Shown: positions 43,541 to 58,218, numbered from the stretch's first letter. The stretch: 64,000 nt of DNA from Eledone cirrhosa (GCA_964016885.1 OZ024750.1:7440001-7504000), one strand, 5' to 3'. Notes: generated by a model not told the origin, from the letters alone. Numbers and translations are program-made.

Positions 43541-44679
43541 TATATATATATATATGTAAATCGATATTTTAGTTGATATATATATATATGCAGTTCTTTC
43601 ATCCGAATGTTGTTGTAGTTATACGAATAAAGAAGTCTGTTCTATATCATTGTTTTCCTTCATCTTGAACTAGACTTGAACCCTTTCAAGTCTAAAGTAA
43701 ATTCATTCCTATCGATGGATTCAGTTTGAAACTGGTTAGACCATTACTCAACAGAGTACTCAATACTTGGGGTAGTAGAATATGGTTATATTATCATGAG
43801 TCGGGCCCCGACGTCTGAGCTCTTGCCATTTCAACAACTAGTTCCAGACTCTAGAACTTGCAGTTGAAACGACAGGAGCTCAGCCGTCGAGGTCTCAACT
43901 TTTTATTATATAGCTAGCTAGATAGATAAATAGGAATCAGGTTTTTTGTTTTGGAGAAATATATAAAGCGCTCAATGCACTTCAGGATGTAGTGATTGGG
44001 TTCGCAACTTTATCTTGCGCCATCGCTCCCTTTCACTCGGAAAAATTTTCATTGTGTGGAAAATATTGAAAAAAACATCCGAAAAATGTCCGGTAAAATT
44101 TGTTATTGCTTCGTAAACTGACTTTTTATGTTGTCAAAAATACTAAAACAATTATGCGGCTGCTGTTGCTACTACCGTTTAAAGAACAATTAAAAGAAAA
44201 CTTGACTATTTTAGATTGTATTTTATATTACGTATATATTTATAAAGGATATCATTTAGTTTTATGATTAGGGTTGGGTTTAGGGTTAGCCTAAGTGATG
44301 ACAATAAAATTAAACAAGTTTTCATCATAATTATAACATTAGAAAGACTATACACTACAAGCAATTAATAAAAAAAAATCGGCGGATATTTTGTTTTTAT
44401 GTCTAATACATTTTTGGCGCTGTTACTTTCGCACCTGCAAAAAATATAACTATCGTTGAAATCTCTCACTTGATGTTAAAAATAGTGAACAACTTTTGTT
44501 GGCTGTTTTAACATCGAGTGTGTGGAACATTCATAAAAGAGATAAACAGAAGTTTATACGCGAGATGCTGCTGTTTTCGAGAGAACTTCTTCAATAACAG
44601 GTCTAAAGAAAGTTTCTTCTTTAATGTGCGACCAATAACTCAATATTATACAACACAATTATCCTGTTATCTGGCTACA

Positions 44680-44828
44680 TAATTGTTTCTACTTTTGGCA
44701 CAAGGCCAGCAATTACCCAGTACATTACTGGTACTTTATTTTATCGACCCCGTAAGGATGAAAGGCAAAGTTAACCTCGGCGAGATTTGAACTCAGATCA
44801 TAAAAGGCCGTAACTCTATGCGTCAAAG
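44680..44828 (-). mobile_element. SINE S1 partial copy (others at about 20985-21065, 40716-40850, 42037-42157)
   Basis: Similarity to other S1 copies. Confidence 0.8.
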
Positions 44829-45124
44829 TTATCTGACTACTTAATGCCCTGCGAAATTCTGAGTTTAACGTTTCCCGCTTTTTAAATGAGGTTTTAAGTT
44901 GTAAAAAAAAATATGACAAAGGTTTTTTTCCTTCTGGTCAGCATGCTTAAAATATAAATTATACTTTAAGCATGAAGGCTTCATGGCTTCGTTGGTTAAA
45001 GTTTGATTGCACATAAGACACATAAGATGAATAAACAATACTGTATTGACGACACATTTTCTTAAATGGAGACATTGGGTGTTTAACATATATATATACA
45101 TATATTTAACATATATATATATAT

Positions 45125-45155
<31 letters not shown>

Positions 45156-45276
45156 GATATATTACTCTGGAGGTTCTTCTGTGTAGTCTCAGGGTCATTG
45201 GACAAGTTGAGTAAATAACACACTAATATTAGGACACTGAGTAATCATTCCGGTACACATATATACATATGTACAT

Positions 45277-45448
<172 letters not shown>

Positions 45449-45449
45449 G

Positions 45450-45532
<83 letters not shown>

Positions 45533-45602
45533 AGAGAGAGAATCTAAAAGAGAAGGTGACGCAAAGCATGATGCAGATGTCAATAACACGAACTCGTATA
45601 TA

Positions 45603-45673
<71 letters not shown>

Positions 45674-45722
45674 TTGTGTGTGTGTGTGCGCGTGTGTTTG
45701 TGTGAGTATTCATGCATAAATA

Positions 45723-45774
<52 letters not shown>

Positions 45775-46210
45775 AATGCATGCCTTCAAGTGTGTGTACA
45801 TATGATACATACATATATATATATATTCACACACACATACACACGTAGAGATAGATAGATTACACACATACACACAGACAAACACACAGACACAGTAACA
45901 GATATTTCGAAGTAAAACGTAAATATTTTTATTTTATTTGTTTTCCTAATCTCTAGTTTCACTTTCGCTTTTAAACACTAACTTTTTCTTCGTTTATTTA
46001 CATATTTTTTAAACAACAAAAAACAAATAACCATAAACAAGAACAACAACAAGAAGAAGAACAGCAACAGATATATGTTATATACAATATAAAGATGTAT
46101 ATTCTTTTTTTTCTTTTTCTATTAAAATGTTTTTTTACTATTATAAACATCAATTTACTACTGTACATAACAACCTAACAGATTTTACTAAATTAAAAAT
46201 AACCTTGTTA

Positions 46211-46436
46211 ATAATTGTTTCTATTTTTAGCACAAGGGCAGCAAATACCCCAGTACATTACTGGTACTTTATTTTATCGACCCCGTAAGGATGAAAGACA
46301 AAGTTAACCTCGGCGGGATTTGAACTCAGAATGGCAAGGTTAACTTTGCCTTTCATTCTTACGGGGTCGATAAAATAAAGTACCAGTAATGTACTCGGTA
46401 ATTTGCTGGCCTTGTGCCAAAAGTAGAAACAATTAT
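46211..46436. mobile_element. Head-to-head inverted pair of SINE S1 3' halves
   Basis: Arms of about 100 bp, ataattgtttcta...gttaacct / aggttaac...tagaaacaattat. Confidence 0.85.
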
Positions 46437-46534
46437 TATTATTACGATTATTATTAATTTAGTAAAATCTGTATATAACAACCTAACAGACATACGTACA
46501 CGTATAATATTAACAAGAGAAAACTTTTCCTTAC

Positions 46535-47055
46535 CTAGTTTGACTTGAGAGTTCCTTTCGTTAGTTTGCGTAGAGAGTTCGGAACTATTCGGCAGTGATC
46601 GGCAGAATGCCTTTACTAGAACTAGTTTTGGGAATATATATACCTATATATATATGTATATATAGAGAGAGATCTATAGAATGTGTGGTCGTGTTTTTAT
46701 CTATTATGGATGTATGTGTGTATGTGTATGCGTATGTGTGTTTGTGTCTGCTTTGTGTGGGTAGATAAAGATGTGGCTATATGTGTGTTCGTATTTGTTT
46801 GTGTGTGTATGTGTGTTTTGTTTTGCGTGTTTATAAGTCAGGTGTAACTTTGCTCAAGCGATGATGCTGCTGCTCTTGTTGCTGTTGCTTCTTCTGCTGC
46901 TGATGTTGTTGTTATGGTAATGTAATGTAATTCTTCTTCTTCTTCTTCTTCTTCTTCTTCTTCTTCTTCTTCTTCTTCTTCTTCTTCTTCTTCTTCTTCT
47001 TCTTCTTCTTCTTCTTCTTCTTCTTCTTCTTCTTCTCTGTTTTTACTGGTCAACT
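46535..47055 (-). other. Candidate non-coding first exon (5' UTR) of the allatotropin gene
   Basis: Starts at an Inr-like ACAGTT 30 nt below TATAAAG and ends at a strong TAG|GTAAGG donor. No minus-strand ATG found over 521 nt. The acceptor 35 nt before the ATG implies an upstream exon exists; the link across about 24.8 kb is inferred. Confidence 0.5.
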
Positions 47056-47085
47056 GTTACAAGGGATTCGTATTACTGCTTTATA
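47052..47085 (-). promoter_or_regulatory. Candidate TATA box (TATAAAG, 47085-47079) and initiator (ACAGTT, +1 near 47055)
   Basis: Canonical -30 spacing in a short unique island between a (GAA)n tract and a (CCA)n tract. Confidence 0.5.
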
Positions 47086-47096
47086 CCACTGACTGA

Positions 47097-48804
47097 TGGC
47101 GGCGGTGGTGGTGGTGGTGGTGGGAGCAGTAGTAGAAGTAGAGATGGTGGTGGTGGTGGTCGTGGAAGTTGTAGTGGAAGTAGAGATGGTGGTGGCGGCG
47201 GCGGCGGTGGTTGTGGTCGTGGTGGTGGTGGGAGTAGTAGTAGTAGTAGTAGAAGTAGAGATGGTGGTGGCAGTGGTGGTAGTGGTGGTGGTGGTGGTGG
47301 TAGTGCGAAGTGTTGGGATAACGGAGTAGCAGGCGTTATGTTAGAGGGTAGTGCTCTGTTGATGTCAGTGGTAGTGGTGGTGGTGGTGGTTGTGGTGGTG
47401 GTGGTGGTGGTGGTATTGGTAGTGGTGATGGTGGTGTTGTAAAAGTGGGTGTTGGTGGTGATGGTTGTGGTGGTGATGGTGGTGTTGCTGGTTGTGGTGG
47501 TAGTGATGGTTGTGGTGATGTTTGCGGTGATGGTTGTGGTGGTAGTTGTGGTGATGGTGGTGGTGATGGTGGTAGTGATGGTTATGGTGGTAGTTGTGGT
47601 TGTGGTGATGTTTGCGGTGATGGTTGTGGTAGTAGTTGTGGTGATGGTTGTGGTGATGGTGGTAGTGATGGTTGTGGTGGTAGTGATGGTTGTGGTGGTA
47701 GTTGTGGTGGTGGTTGTGGTGATGGTGGTAGTGATGGTTGTGGTGATAGTTGTGGTGGTGGTTGTGGTGATGGTGGTAGTGATGGTGGTGGTGGCAGTTG
47801 TGGTGGTGGTGGCAGTAGTAGTGGTAGTGATGTAAAAGTGGGTGTTGTAGTGAGACTAACTAATGGTAGAGATGTGGGTGATGATCTTTTGACTGTGGGA
47901 GTTGTGGTTTTTATATTGTTAGTGATGTTGGTGTAGAGGTAGTGGTGGTGGTGGTGGTGGTGGTGATGGTGGTGATGGCGGTGGTGGTGGTGGTGGTGGT
48001 AGTAGAGATGGTGGTAGGGGTAGTGGTGGTGGTGGTGGTGGTGATGGCGGTGATGGTGGTGATGTTAGTAGTAGAGATGGTGGTAGGGGTAGTGGTGGTG
48101 GTGGTGATGGCGGTGATGGTGGTGATGGTGGTAGTAGAGATGGTGGTAGGGGTAGTGGTGGTGGTGGTGGTGGTGATGGCGGTGATGGTGGTGATGGTGG
48201 TAGTAGAGATGGTGGTAGGGGTAGTGGTGGTGGTTGCGGTGATGGCGGTGATGGTGGTGGTGGTGGTGATGATAATGATGAGACAGTGGTGGTGTCGGTG
48301 GCGGCGGCGGTGATGAATGAGTAGTAGGCTAAGGCGCAAGAATATGTGTTGAAGGAGGGGGGGGAGGAGACACACATATTTGATGCGATAGAGGAGAAGG
48401 AGGAGGAACGGGAGGTGGGTGAGGATATGGCACAGTGTGAAGGGAGGAAGGGGAGGAGGAAGGGGATGGGCGGGGCAGTGTGAAGGGGGAGGTGGCAGCG
48501 TGACGACATGATAATGAGGAGGGCGGCGGTGGTGGCATGAATGGAGAAGGAGGAGTAGGTAGTGGTGGTGGCGGTGGTGGTGTGAAGAGAGGAGAAGGAG
48601 GTGGTGGTGGTGGCGGTGGTGGTGTGAAGAGGTAGTGGTGGTGGCGGTGGTGGTAGTAATGGTGGGGTGTAGTAATAGAAGGACTGACGTGGGAGTAGTA
48701 GTCACTGATTGGTGGTGGTGGTGGTGGTAGTTAATGATAGCAATGATTGTGATGATGATGATGGTGATGATTGTGGTAGTCGTAGTACCGGTAGCAGCAG
48801 CAGC

Positions 48805-48854
<50 letters not shown>

Positions 48855-48903
48855 CAACAGTAGTAGTAGTAATAGTAGTAGCAGTAGTAGCTGCAGCAGC
48901 AGC

Positions 48904-48949
<46 letters not shown>

Positions 48950-49023
48950 ATAGTAGTAGCAGTAGTAGCTGCAGCAGCAGTAGTAGTAGTAGTAGTAGTA
49001 GCAGTAGTAGCTGCAGCAGCAGC

Positions 49024-49063
<40 letters not shown>

Positions 49064-49070
49064 ATAGTAG
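47097..49070. repeat. About 2 kb (GGT)n/(AGT)n compound low-complexity region
   Basis: Direct inspection; lies immediately upstream of the candidate promoter. Confidence 0.92.
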
Positions 49071-49977
49071 TTATTATTTTTATTGTAGTTATTTAGTGTC
49101 AAATCACTCCACCAGGCCACCTTACTCCCGTTTTCTTATATATATATATATATGAACAAGTATGACCCCGACGGCAGAGCTCAAGCCGTTTCTACGGCTA
49201 TTTCTTACTATATACGTATATATACGTATATAGTAAGGTCTATTGTCTAGTGTGTCTGTCCTACATCAAAAGGATTGGGTGTGCTTTGAGGGCGAATTTT
49301 AGCAGGTCGAGTGACCTCGTAATGGCTACCTCAGTGTTGTTGTTGTTACTGTTGTTGTTGCTGTTGTTGTTGTTGCTGTTGTTGCTGTTGTTGCTGTTGT
49401 TGTTGTTGTTGCTGTTGTTGTTGTTGTTGTTGCTGTTGTTGCTTTGTCCCAGACCAAACCTGATTCAGTAGACCAATGATGAAAGGAGTTCCAGCCATGA
49501 CATAACCAACAGAATAAGTACTTTAAAGTTGTTTATATTTTATCTCTTAGAGGAGACTGCGGACGCAACCTGGTGGAATAGTTAAGAGGTTCGCTTCACA
49601 ACGATTAGGGCCCGAGTTCGATACCTCTGCGCGGGATCTTGCTTAATTATCATTCACCATAGCCTGTTGTTGGCTCATGCCTTACGACCGAAATTGGGAA
49701 GACGGAAAATGTTTGGAAGCCCACCGGATGGAGTGTACCTGTACTCTAAAAGGCCGGCCTTGTCACATACTCAGTCACGCTGAATCTTCTTGATAATTAG
49801 GTTAAGGGTACATGTATTTGTGGAATGCTCAGCCACTTACGCATTAATTTCAAGCGCAGGCTTTTTCGTTGATCGAATAATTGGAATACTGATTGTCGAA
49901 ACTGACGAGGGCCCATCGATCGAATTAAGAGGAAAGGCATGGATGTGTGCTTTGGAAACCATAAACAGTTACTAATA

Positions 49978-50120
49978 ACAGGGGGCACAAGCTCTCCTAT
50001 CCCGATGTCATCTCCAGAGATTCTGGTATTGAAATCCAGGACTTGGCAACGGCAATGAACGACAGACCCACGTGGAGATCAATTGTTGAGTCCATTTCGA
50101 CTGAGGCCTCCGGATGATGA
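49978..50120 (+). mobile_element. Short LINE (RTE-X-like) 3' end
   Basis: Reads KLSYPDVISRDSGIEIQDLATAMNDRPTWRSIV, parallel to the C-terminus of the 51773 ORF; ends in gatgatga. Confidence 0.6.
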
Positions 50121-50331
50121 AAACTAATTGCAGTGGGAAGGAAAGTATCCCTAAACCAGAGACCCCGTCTAAATGTTTACAATAAAATATACTCTACCAA
50201 ACACACAAGGTGATGATGGTAATGATGATGATAATCACCATGATTATCATCATTACATTGTGTTCAAAACACGTTAATATATATTAATAAATAAGAGAGA
50301 CGGTTTTATTCGTACCTCTTTATTTTATCAA

Positions 50332-50403
50332 GTTCGTTATACGTATTTCGAAGATGTAAGGTAGTTATATTATAACCACCTTACACGGTCTCTCCAGACA
50401 AAC
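50332..50403 (-). ncRNA. Degenerate hammerhead motif (core CTGGAGA)
   Basis: GTTTGT-CTGGAGA-long stem II (TGTAAGGTGGTTAT/ATAACTACCTTACA)-GAA-ATACGTAT-A-ACGAAC; A6 of the core is replaced by G. Confidence 0.5.
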
Positions 50404-50722
50404 GAGATGTAATTTTCCATTGATATGCTACTAGTACTTATATATATATATATTTATATATGTATCACCAACACACATATATATATATATATGTATATAC
50501 TATAAGAATAAAGGAACAAAGAAGTCAGTGCTGCATCATAACATATTTAACAACATATTACATATGTTTCACTATCGATCAGCTCGAGGAAAGACCTATT
50601 ATTGACCGAACCTGACTCTGTAATCGAAAGATCATCAGATATGGTTTCTCTATATCATCTCGTCTCTGAGTGCTCACCCGGCATACCGCCTACGGATGCA
50701 GTTTTTCTTGCAACCATACACC

Positions 50723-50793
<71 letters not shown>

Positions 50794-50867
50794 TAAAAAG
50801 AAAAAAACAAAAACCAATAACGAAGAGTGCAGTACAAACAGTGTTGGTATTAGAGTAGGGGGCGGGG

Positions 50868-50902
50868 GACGATGTTTCGGGCATAAGCCCTTCATCAGGA
50901 GA
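50868..50902 (-). ncRNA. Degenerate Penelope-type hammerhead core
   Basis: CTGATGAA-GGGC-ttat-GCCC-GAAACATC; core and stem II intact, stem I pairs poorly. Confidence 0.45.
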
Positions 50903-51358
50903 AAAGTGGGAAGGAAAAGAGTTCCGAGTATGTGAGGGGGAGTAGTGGAAAGACATTAAAAGGGGAGAAAAAATTAAAGGGAAGGAAAAAAATTAAAATG
51001 AGGGTAAAAAAATGAAAATGAAAACAAGTGGTGAACGGGTGTGAGGTGTGCAACGATATATATCGCTGCACACCAGGATAAATATTTGAAGAATTGAGAT
51101 GAATTATTGTTTATAAGGTGAAACTCCTCTGGACTAATACTCATAACTTTAGTGTAAACATTAAAAAAATATTTACTACTAACGATGTAAACATTTCCAC
51201 GTATTTTAATATTTTTTTAAAATAAAAAAATATGTTGTTTTTTAATCTTCAAAAATAAAAATAATTGAGTGAAAAATTATAATTATCTCTCTTTGAATAA
51301 ACTTTGACTTTTTAAATGACGAGAGAAAGACACACATATATGTATAATATAGTCATAC

Positions 51359-51449
<91 letters not shown>

Positions 51450-51772
51450 GGGAGAGATAGAGAGATAGAGAGATAGAGAGAGAGAAACAAATACATATAT
51501 GTATAATACAGTCATTACACACACATATATATGTATATTACAGTCATACATACATACACACAGAAACACACATATAATATAGTCGTACGTACACACACAC
51601 ACACACAAACAGAGAGAAACACATACATATATGTATAATACAGTCATATATATACACCCAGGGAAACACACACATATGTGTATATTACTGTCATACATAC
51701 ATACCTAACTGTGGTTAGGTGTCATAGCCAAAGAAACCGCCACAACAACGAAAATACAATATATCTATCTAT

Positions 51773-52525
51773 CTAGGGCGGGTAAAATTCCCGAGATCCA
51801 TGGACGAGTTCTCTCCAGCGGTCTCTGTCCCTCATTATCGCTGCCATGTCTTGCGTCTCCAACAGACCAGTGTCTATCCTTAAGGCATTAACATACGTTA
51901 ACCTTGGTCTTCCTCTTCCAGTGTGTCCATGTAGGGGCTCCCACAGGAGCACTGAGTGCAATGTCAACTCTGGATGTCCGTGAGCATGTCCAGTTAACCT
52001 CAGTCTCCTCTGTGTCACTTTTGAGCTGACTTTTGGGAGGCTCCCATACAGCTCTGAGATTTTCATCCTCAGTGTATACTGATTAATGTTCAGAGCTTTC
52101 CTCAGCATTCTCGTGTAGCACCCATCCACCATCTGAGAGAGTTTCTTGGTCAGTGTCCAAGTCTCAGACCCGTACAGCAGTACAGACTCCACTACAGCAA
52201 TGAAGAGGCGAATTTTCAGGTCTTTACGAAGGTCCGACTTCCACACCGATCTCAAGCTGTGGCACGCCGCACAGGCTTTGCTCTTCCTCTCAACCACATC
52301 ATCTTCCATATTGCCAATCTTTGCTCCCAAATACAGGAAGCCCTCAACCAATTCTAGCGGCTTCCCGCCTACATTAGTAATTCCCTCTGGCTTCTCAATA
52401 TTCTCTACCAGATATTTTGTCTTAATCTCATTCATTCTCACCCCCACACTTATCGACACAGTCTCAACCTCCCGCATCAAATCCTCTGCCTCCTTCACTG
52501 TATTTGTCGTCAGCAAATTCAGCAT
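51773..52525 (-). mobile_element. 5'-truncated non-LTR retrotransposon (RTE/RTE-X-like), C-terminal part of the reverse-transcriptase ORF
   Basis: 250-aa open frame with FLYLG, SVLLYGSETWTLT, RLRLTGH, GRGRPRLTY and DRDRWRELV motifs; stop followed by a short (ATAG)n tail. Confidence 0.9.
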
Positions 52526-52689
52526 CTGATATCTTTCTCGCCTTAACTCTACTGCTCTGAGCCGTAATATATATGTATGGTCTCCGTTTATTTTTGAGAT
52601 TCGAAACCGATTCGGTAAAGGTAACTATAGAAAGTAAAGTCAATTTTTTAAAATTTATTTTGAAACTTTTTCATTATTTGCTAAACCTG

Positions 52690-52732
<43 letters not shown>

Positions 52733-52784
52733 TTTATGAATTTGTTTAGCAAGATTCTTTATCTGAAAACGTGTGTTGAAACCG

Positions 52785-52982
52785 ATATTGTTATACTTTG
52801 GGAGGGTCATGTTGCCAACAAGAAACACACGCACCAGTTGCTTTCACTCCAATTTCACATAAATTAAATTATAAATTTAAAAATTTTTAAATTTATAATT
52901 TAATTTATAATAAATTGGAGTGAGAGCTACTGGTGCGTGTGTTTCTTGTTGGCAACATGACCCTCCCAAAGTATAACAATAT
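52785..52982. mobile_element. (TA)n-associated fold-back element, family F3
   Basis: Arms attgttatactttgggagggtcatgttgccaac...; single arms at about 11465-11535, 17866-17945, 57971-58075 and 60870-60972. Confidence 0.75.
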
Positions 52983-52985
52983 ATA

Positions 52986-53157
<172 letters not shown>

Positions 53158-53403
53158 TATATATATATAATGAAAAATTGAACAGGGACAGAACAGAGAG
53201 GCACAAGTGGAAGCTTAGTAAAATCGAAGCATTGGCTGCGGCCAAGCAAAACCGACCTACAATTAGGAATGAGTAGCAAAGCACTCAATAAGGGTAGGCC
53301 CTCAGAGTAATAACATACGCTTAGATAGTTTCACAAATTGAAAATTGCGGCAGGCAAAACCCAGCCATACAATACCAAAACAACGAAAAAACTAATCAGG
53401 TTA

Positions 53404-53441
<38 letters not shown>

Positions 53442-53572
53442 GATAAATCTACCAAAAGTCTACGGTAGTGTCCAATCCGTATGAAGAACTCAATGTAATC
53501 CGGATATCATGGAAAGAAGAGATGCATTCAAAAATCACTTTCGGTGAAAGATAAACGGAATACAGAGTCAAG

Positions 53573-54086
53573 ATAAAATATTAAAAAAATAATGAATAAA
53601 ACAATGAAACAGTTCCTTATATTAAACAAAAAAAGTTCATTATTTAACGATCGTTTCTAGGACATATATGTGTTAGAATTGGCATTCATATTCAAAAGAT
53701 CTATGTACAAAATTATACAAAATTATACAAACTATCAAATAGAATATACATACCAACACATACATATGCCGTCTTCAGAAATAATGAAGTATATTTATTG
53801 ATAATAACAACAATTCAAAATTACAAACAGACCTGTAATTTTGAATTGTTGTTATTATCAATAAATATACTTCATTATTTCTGAAGACGGCATATGTATG
53901 TGTTGGTATGTATATTCTATTTGATAGTTTGTATAATTTTGTATAATTTTGTACATAGATCTTTTGAATATGCATGCCAATTCTAACACATATATGTCCT
54001 AGAAACGATCGTTAAATAATGAACTTTTTTTGTTTAATATAAGGAACTGTTTCATTGTTTTATTCATTATTTTTTTAATATTTTAT
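53573..54086. repeat. Near-perfect inverted repeat, arms about 253 bp, 8-nt loop
   Basis: Centre ttaca-aacagacc-tgtaa; part of a cluster of fold-back elements at 53439-54783. Confidence 0.92.
53871..54023 (+). ncRNA. Hammerhead-like motif with very long stem II (mirror copy on minus strand at 53636-53788)
   Basis: TTCATTATTT-CTGAAGA-(about 114-nt imperfect hairpin)-GAA-ACGATCGT-T-AAATAATGAA: perfect 10-bp stem I and palindromic stem III; imperfect base of stem II. Confidence 0.6.
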
Positions 54087-54337
54087 ATATATATATATAT
54101 AAATAAAATTAATAAAAACAATGAATAAAAACAAAGAACAAGTTCCTCATATTAAAAAAATTCATTATATAAGGAACTTGTTCTTTGTTTTTATTCATTG
54201 TTTTTATTAATTTATCTTAACTCTGTTTTCCTATGATTTTCATCGAACATTTTTGAATGCATCTTCTCTTTTCATGATATTTGGATTACATTGAGTTCTT
54301 CATACGGATTGGATACTACCGTATATTTTGGTAGATT

Positions 54338-54457
<120 letters not shown>

Positions 54458-54845
54458 TAAAAGGAATTCCAATTTTGTCTGATTTACTCGTTTTATTTAC
54501 AACCCTTTAAAACTATAATGATATTATAATGAAATAGTATGGTAGAATATTAAATGTTAAATGTTAATTGAACAAGTACTTTCATGATTTCACAATTTTC
54601 AGGCTCATATTCAGTGGTGACAGTCAAGTCGGCAATTTGAAAATTTGAAAGTATAAAAGTACTTGTTCAATTAATATTTAACATTTAATATTCTACCATA
54701 CTATTTCATTATAATATTATAAATTTAAAGAATTGTAAATAAAACGAGTAAATCAAAGAAAGTTGGAATTCCTTTTATTAATATAATCTTCTATAAACAA
54801 TCATACACACCCGTGTATATTTATTTATATATATCTATATATCTA

Positions 54846-54888
<43 letters not shown>

Positions 54889-55143
54889 ATATATATATAT
54901 GTGTGTGTGTGTGTATGTATATATATGTATAGTTCTTCTCTGATCAACGTGTGAGAAGCTGGTGAAACTACAGAGTAACAAGACTCACTCTTTAGCCTTA
55001 ATAAGTATCGAGTACTCTGGTGCGTTATGGTCCACCTGGTATCTTACCACACTTTCTTTGTTATATATACATATATATATATATGAAGGACCACTTTATT
55101 CATATGTAACCCATTTGCAACTCCGCAGCACGTTTATTCTCAT

Positions 55144-55261
<118 letters not shown>

Positions 55262-55512
55262 TGAAAATATAATAAGGACGATTGGTTACTCCTTCATTAC
55301 ATTTATTGGTAGGTGACACGCGTTTCGCCACTGATCAGCTCAAGGTTCGATCTGTATCGATCTTACCCGACTCAATAATCCGCAGCTCGACGGACCCCTT
55401 AAAACGCTCTACACCTCCTCGACACAGAAGTGAACCTAAACATCGAGTGCTCCCACGGGTGAACCTACAGTAACTCTAAGTTACACTCCCTATATATATA
55501 TATATATATACA

Positions 55513-55608
<96 letters not shown>

Positions 55609-55713
55609 GTATGTATGTAAAAGTATGTAAAAGGTAAACAGAAATAACAACACAATCGGTACAGTATATGGAAGGAATATATTAGGTTAACGCTTGCTAT
55701 AGCAGGAAGAAGG

Positions 55714-55749
55714 TCTTAACGTTTCGGACGCTATTCCTTCATCAGAAGA
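55714..55749 (-). ncRNA. Minimal type I hammerhead motif, Penelope-type
   Basis: TCTT-CTGATGA-A-GGA-atagcg-TCC-GAA-ACGT-T-AAGA: palindromic ACGT stem III, as in dimer-forming PLE hammerheads. Confidence 0.7.
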
Positions 55750-56068
55750 AAGAATGAGAAATCAAATAGATTGAGGAGACGGGCGGGTTGGAATTGGAAA
55801 AAATGTCTTTAGATAAAAATAACAGGTCCATTCAGGCAGAATAGACATTAGATAAAAATAACAGGTCCATTCAGGCAGAATAGACATTAGATAAAAATAA
55901 CAGGTCCATTATGGCAGTATAGACATTTTTGTATGTTATTCGTGTTAAAATACTCGTAAGTATTTGCCTGAAATGTTTATTTTCTGTCCAGTTACTTTGT
56001 TGTGTTGTTTTAAGCATATTTCTTGCCCCTAAAAGTTTTCTAAAGATGCTGTCCGGTCTGACTAAAAT

Positions 56069-56360
56069 AATGGTTTCTTATATAGGCACAAGGCCAGTAA
56101 TTTTGGGGGAGGGGAAAGTCGATTAAATCGACCCCAGTACATTACTGGTACTTTATTTTATCGATCCCGTAAGGATGAAAGGCAAAGTTAACCTCGGCGG
56201 GATTTGAACTCAGATCATAAAAGGCCGTAACTCTATGCTGCAAAGCATGGCGTCCGACCCTCTACCGATATTGTCAATCCACCACCCTTGGTCTTACTAA
56301 AATAATGATTTCTGATTTAGGCACAAGGCCAACAATTTTCAGGAGGGGTAAGTCGATTTA
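56069..56360 (-). mobile_element. SINE S1 full copy with TSD plus adjacent fragment
   Basis: Complete element flanked by ggtct(g/t)actaaaataatg duplications. Confidence 0.85.
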
Positions 56361-57051
56361 TCTTGAGTTAAGTGAAATTATTAATATAAATACTCAACTG
56401 CCATATTATCTATCTATTGTTTAGTAGTATTTCTACACCATCACGTTCTTATCGCCAGGGTGAAGTTGTTTAACTAATGTTTCTCTTTCTTCTGTCCTGT
56501 CCTGTATCGCAACGTTTTAATGTGGTCACCAAGAACTATGTTACCGTTAAAGCCATAATCATCGGATTAAACATCTCAAATGTGGTCTATATGTAATTTC
56601 CAGCAATGGATAATTCAATATAATATAAATGAGCTATTTTAGCATATTCATTTTTGCTTCTTATTTAGTCTTTTTGTAAAGCTTCCATTACCAAACGCCT
56701 AATCCTTCTTGAAATTTCTCTCTATGATCGTTGTGTTTACACCTAATGTTCGTTTTGTTCTATCTAGTGCTGTATATGGCGTTTGCTTGTATAAGCTCCT
56801 TACGCTGGTAACAACGACTTCATTTAAAAAAGATAAGACGTAGGTTTAGAAACATTAACCGACTTAAGAGCGTTGTTATTAGAGTTATTTAAAACTTTAG
56901 ATGAAAGAAAATCAAAGAAATATGAAATATTGTTAATAAAATAGATTAAATTCGAATATAGTTGAATCTAAAATATATCTACATACATACATACATACAT
57001 ATATATACATATATATACATATACATACATATACATACATACACACAGACG

Positions 57052-57085
<34 letters not shown>

Positions 57086-57156
57086 CATGTATACACATTT
57101 ATATAGATGCGCGTGTGTGCCTGTGTATATGCATATATACATATATTCATATATTC

Positions 57157-57281
<125 letters not shown>

Positions 57282-57305
57282 TATAACACATATATATATA
57301 TATAA

Positions 57306-57358
<53 letters not shown>

Positions 57359-57419
57359 ATGTGTGTGTACATATATATATATATATGAATCTATATAGAT
57401 ATATGTATATATATATGTG

Positions 57420-57460
<41 letters not shown>

Positions 57461-57464
57461 ATAT

Positions 57465-57557
<93 letters not shown>

Positions 57558-57566
57558 TATATATAT

Positions 57567-57611
<45 letters not shown>

Positions 57612-58148
57612 AGACGTAGGTGTGCCTGTGCGTATGTATATGTGTATATTTGTATATATGTCATACTGAGCACCCTTATAAATACTCCACATAATACCCT
57701 CACATTTACACACACAGGCACACATATCTATATATATAGACCACACACATCGAAGACTGATCAATGTCTTTTGATACCACACACATCGAAGACTGATCAA
57801 TGTCTTTTGATATTCTAAAATGTCACAATGCTAATAAAGAATAACGAAAAAAATATATATGTAAATACTAAAAACACACAAAAAAGTAGAGAGAACTAAG
57901 GATATTTGATTTCTTCTGTGTGTGATACTAAGATGGTATTTCACGTTTTTCTTGATATATGATATATAAGTATTGTTATATTTGGGGAGGGTCATATTGT
58001 TATAATATTGCCAGAAATAATAATAAAATACACTCACTGTTTGGTTTGGATTGGTTTTCGCTTCTGTATCTTTTATACCTCCATAGTTAATTTATCTGGC
58101 AATCAATGTTTATCATTGATTGACCAATGGTTAAAAATACAGATATAA

Positions 58149-58218
<70 letters not shown>

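Noticed and set aside
44268-44290. TTAGGG-like repeats as an interstitial telomere
   Set aside because: Only 3-4 degenerate units, probably part of a transposon fragment.
47445-49155. Gly/Cys-rich, Thr-rich, Pro-rich and Ser-rich ORFs resembling structural proteins
   Set aside because: Overlapping frames of trinucleotide repeats with no signal peptide or splice support.
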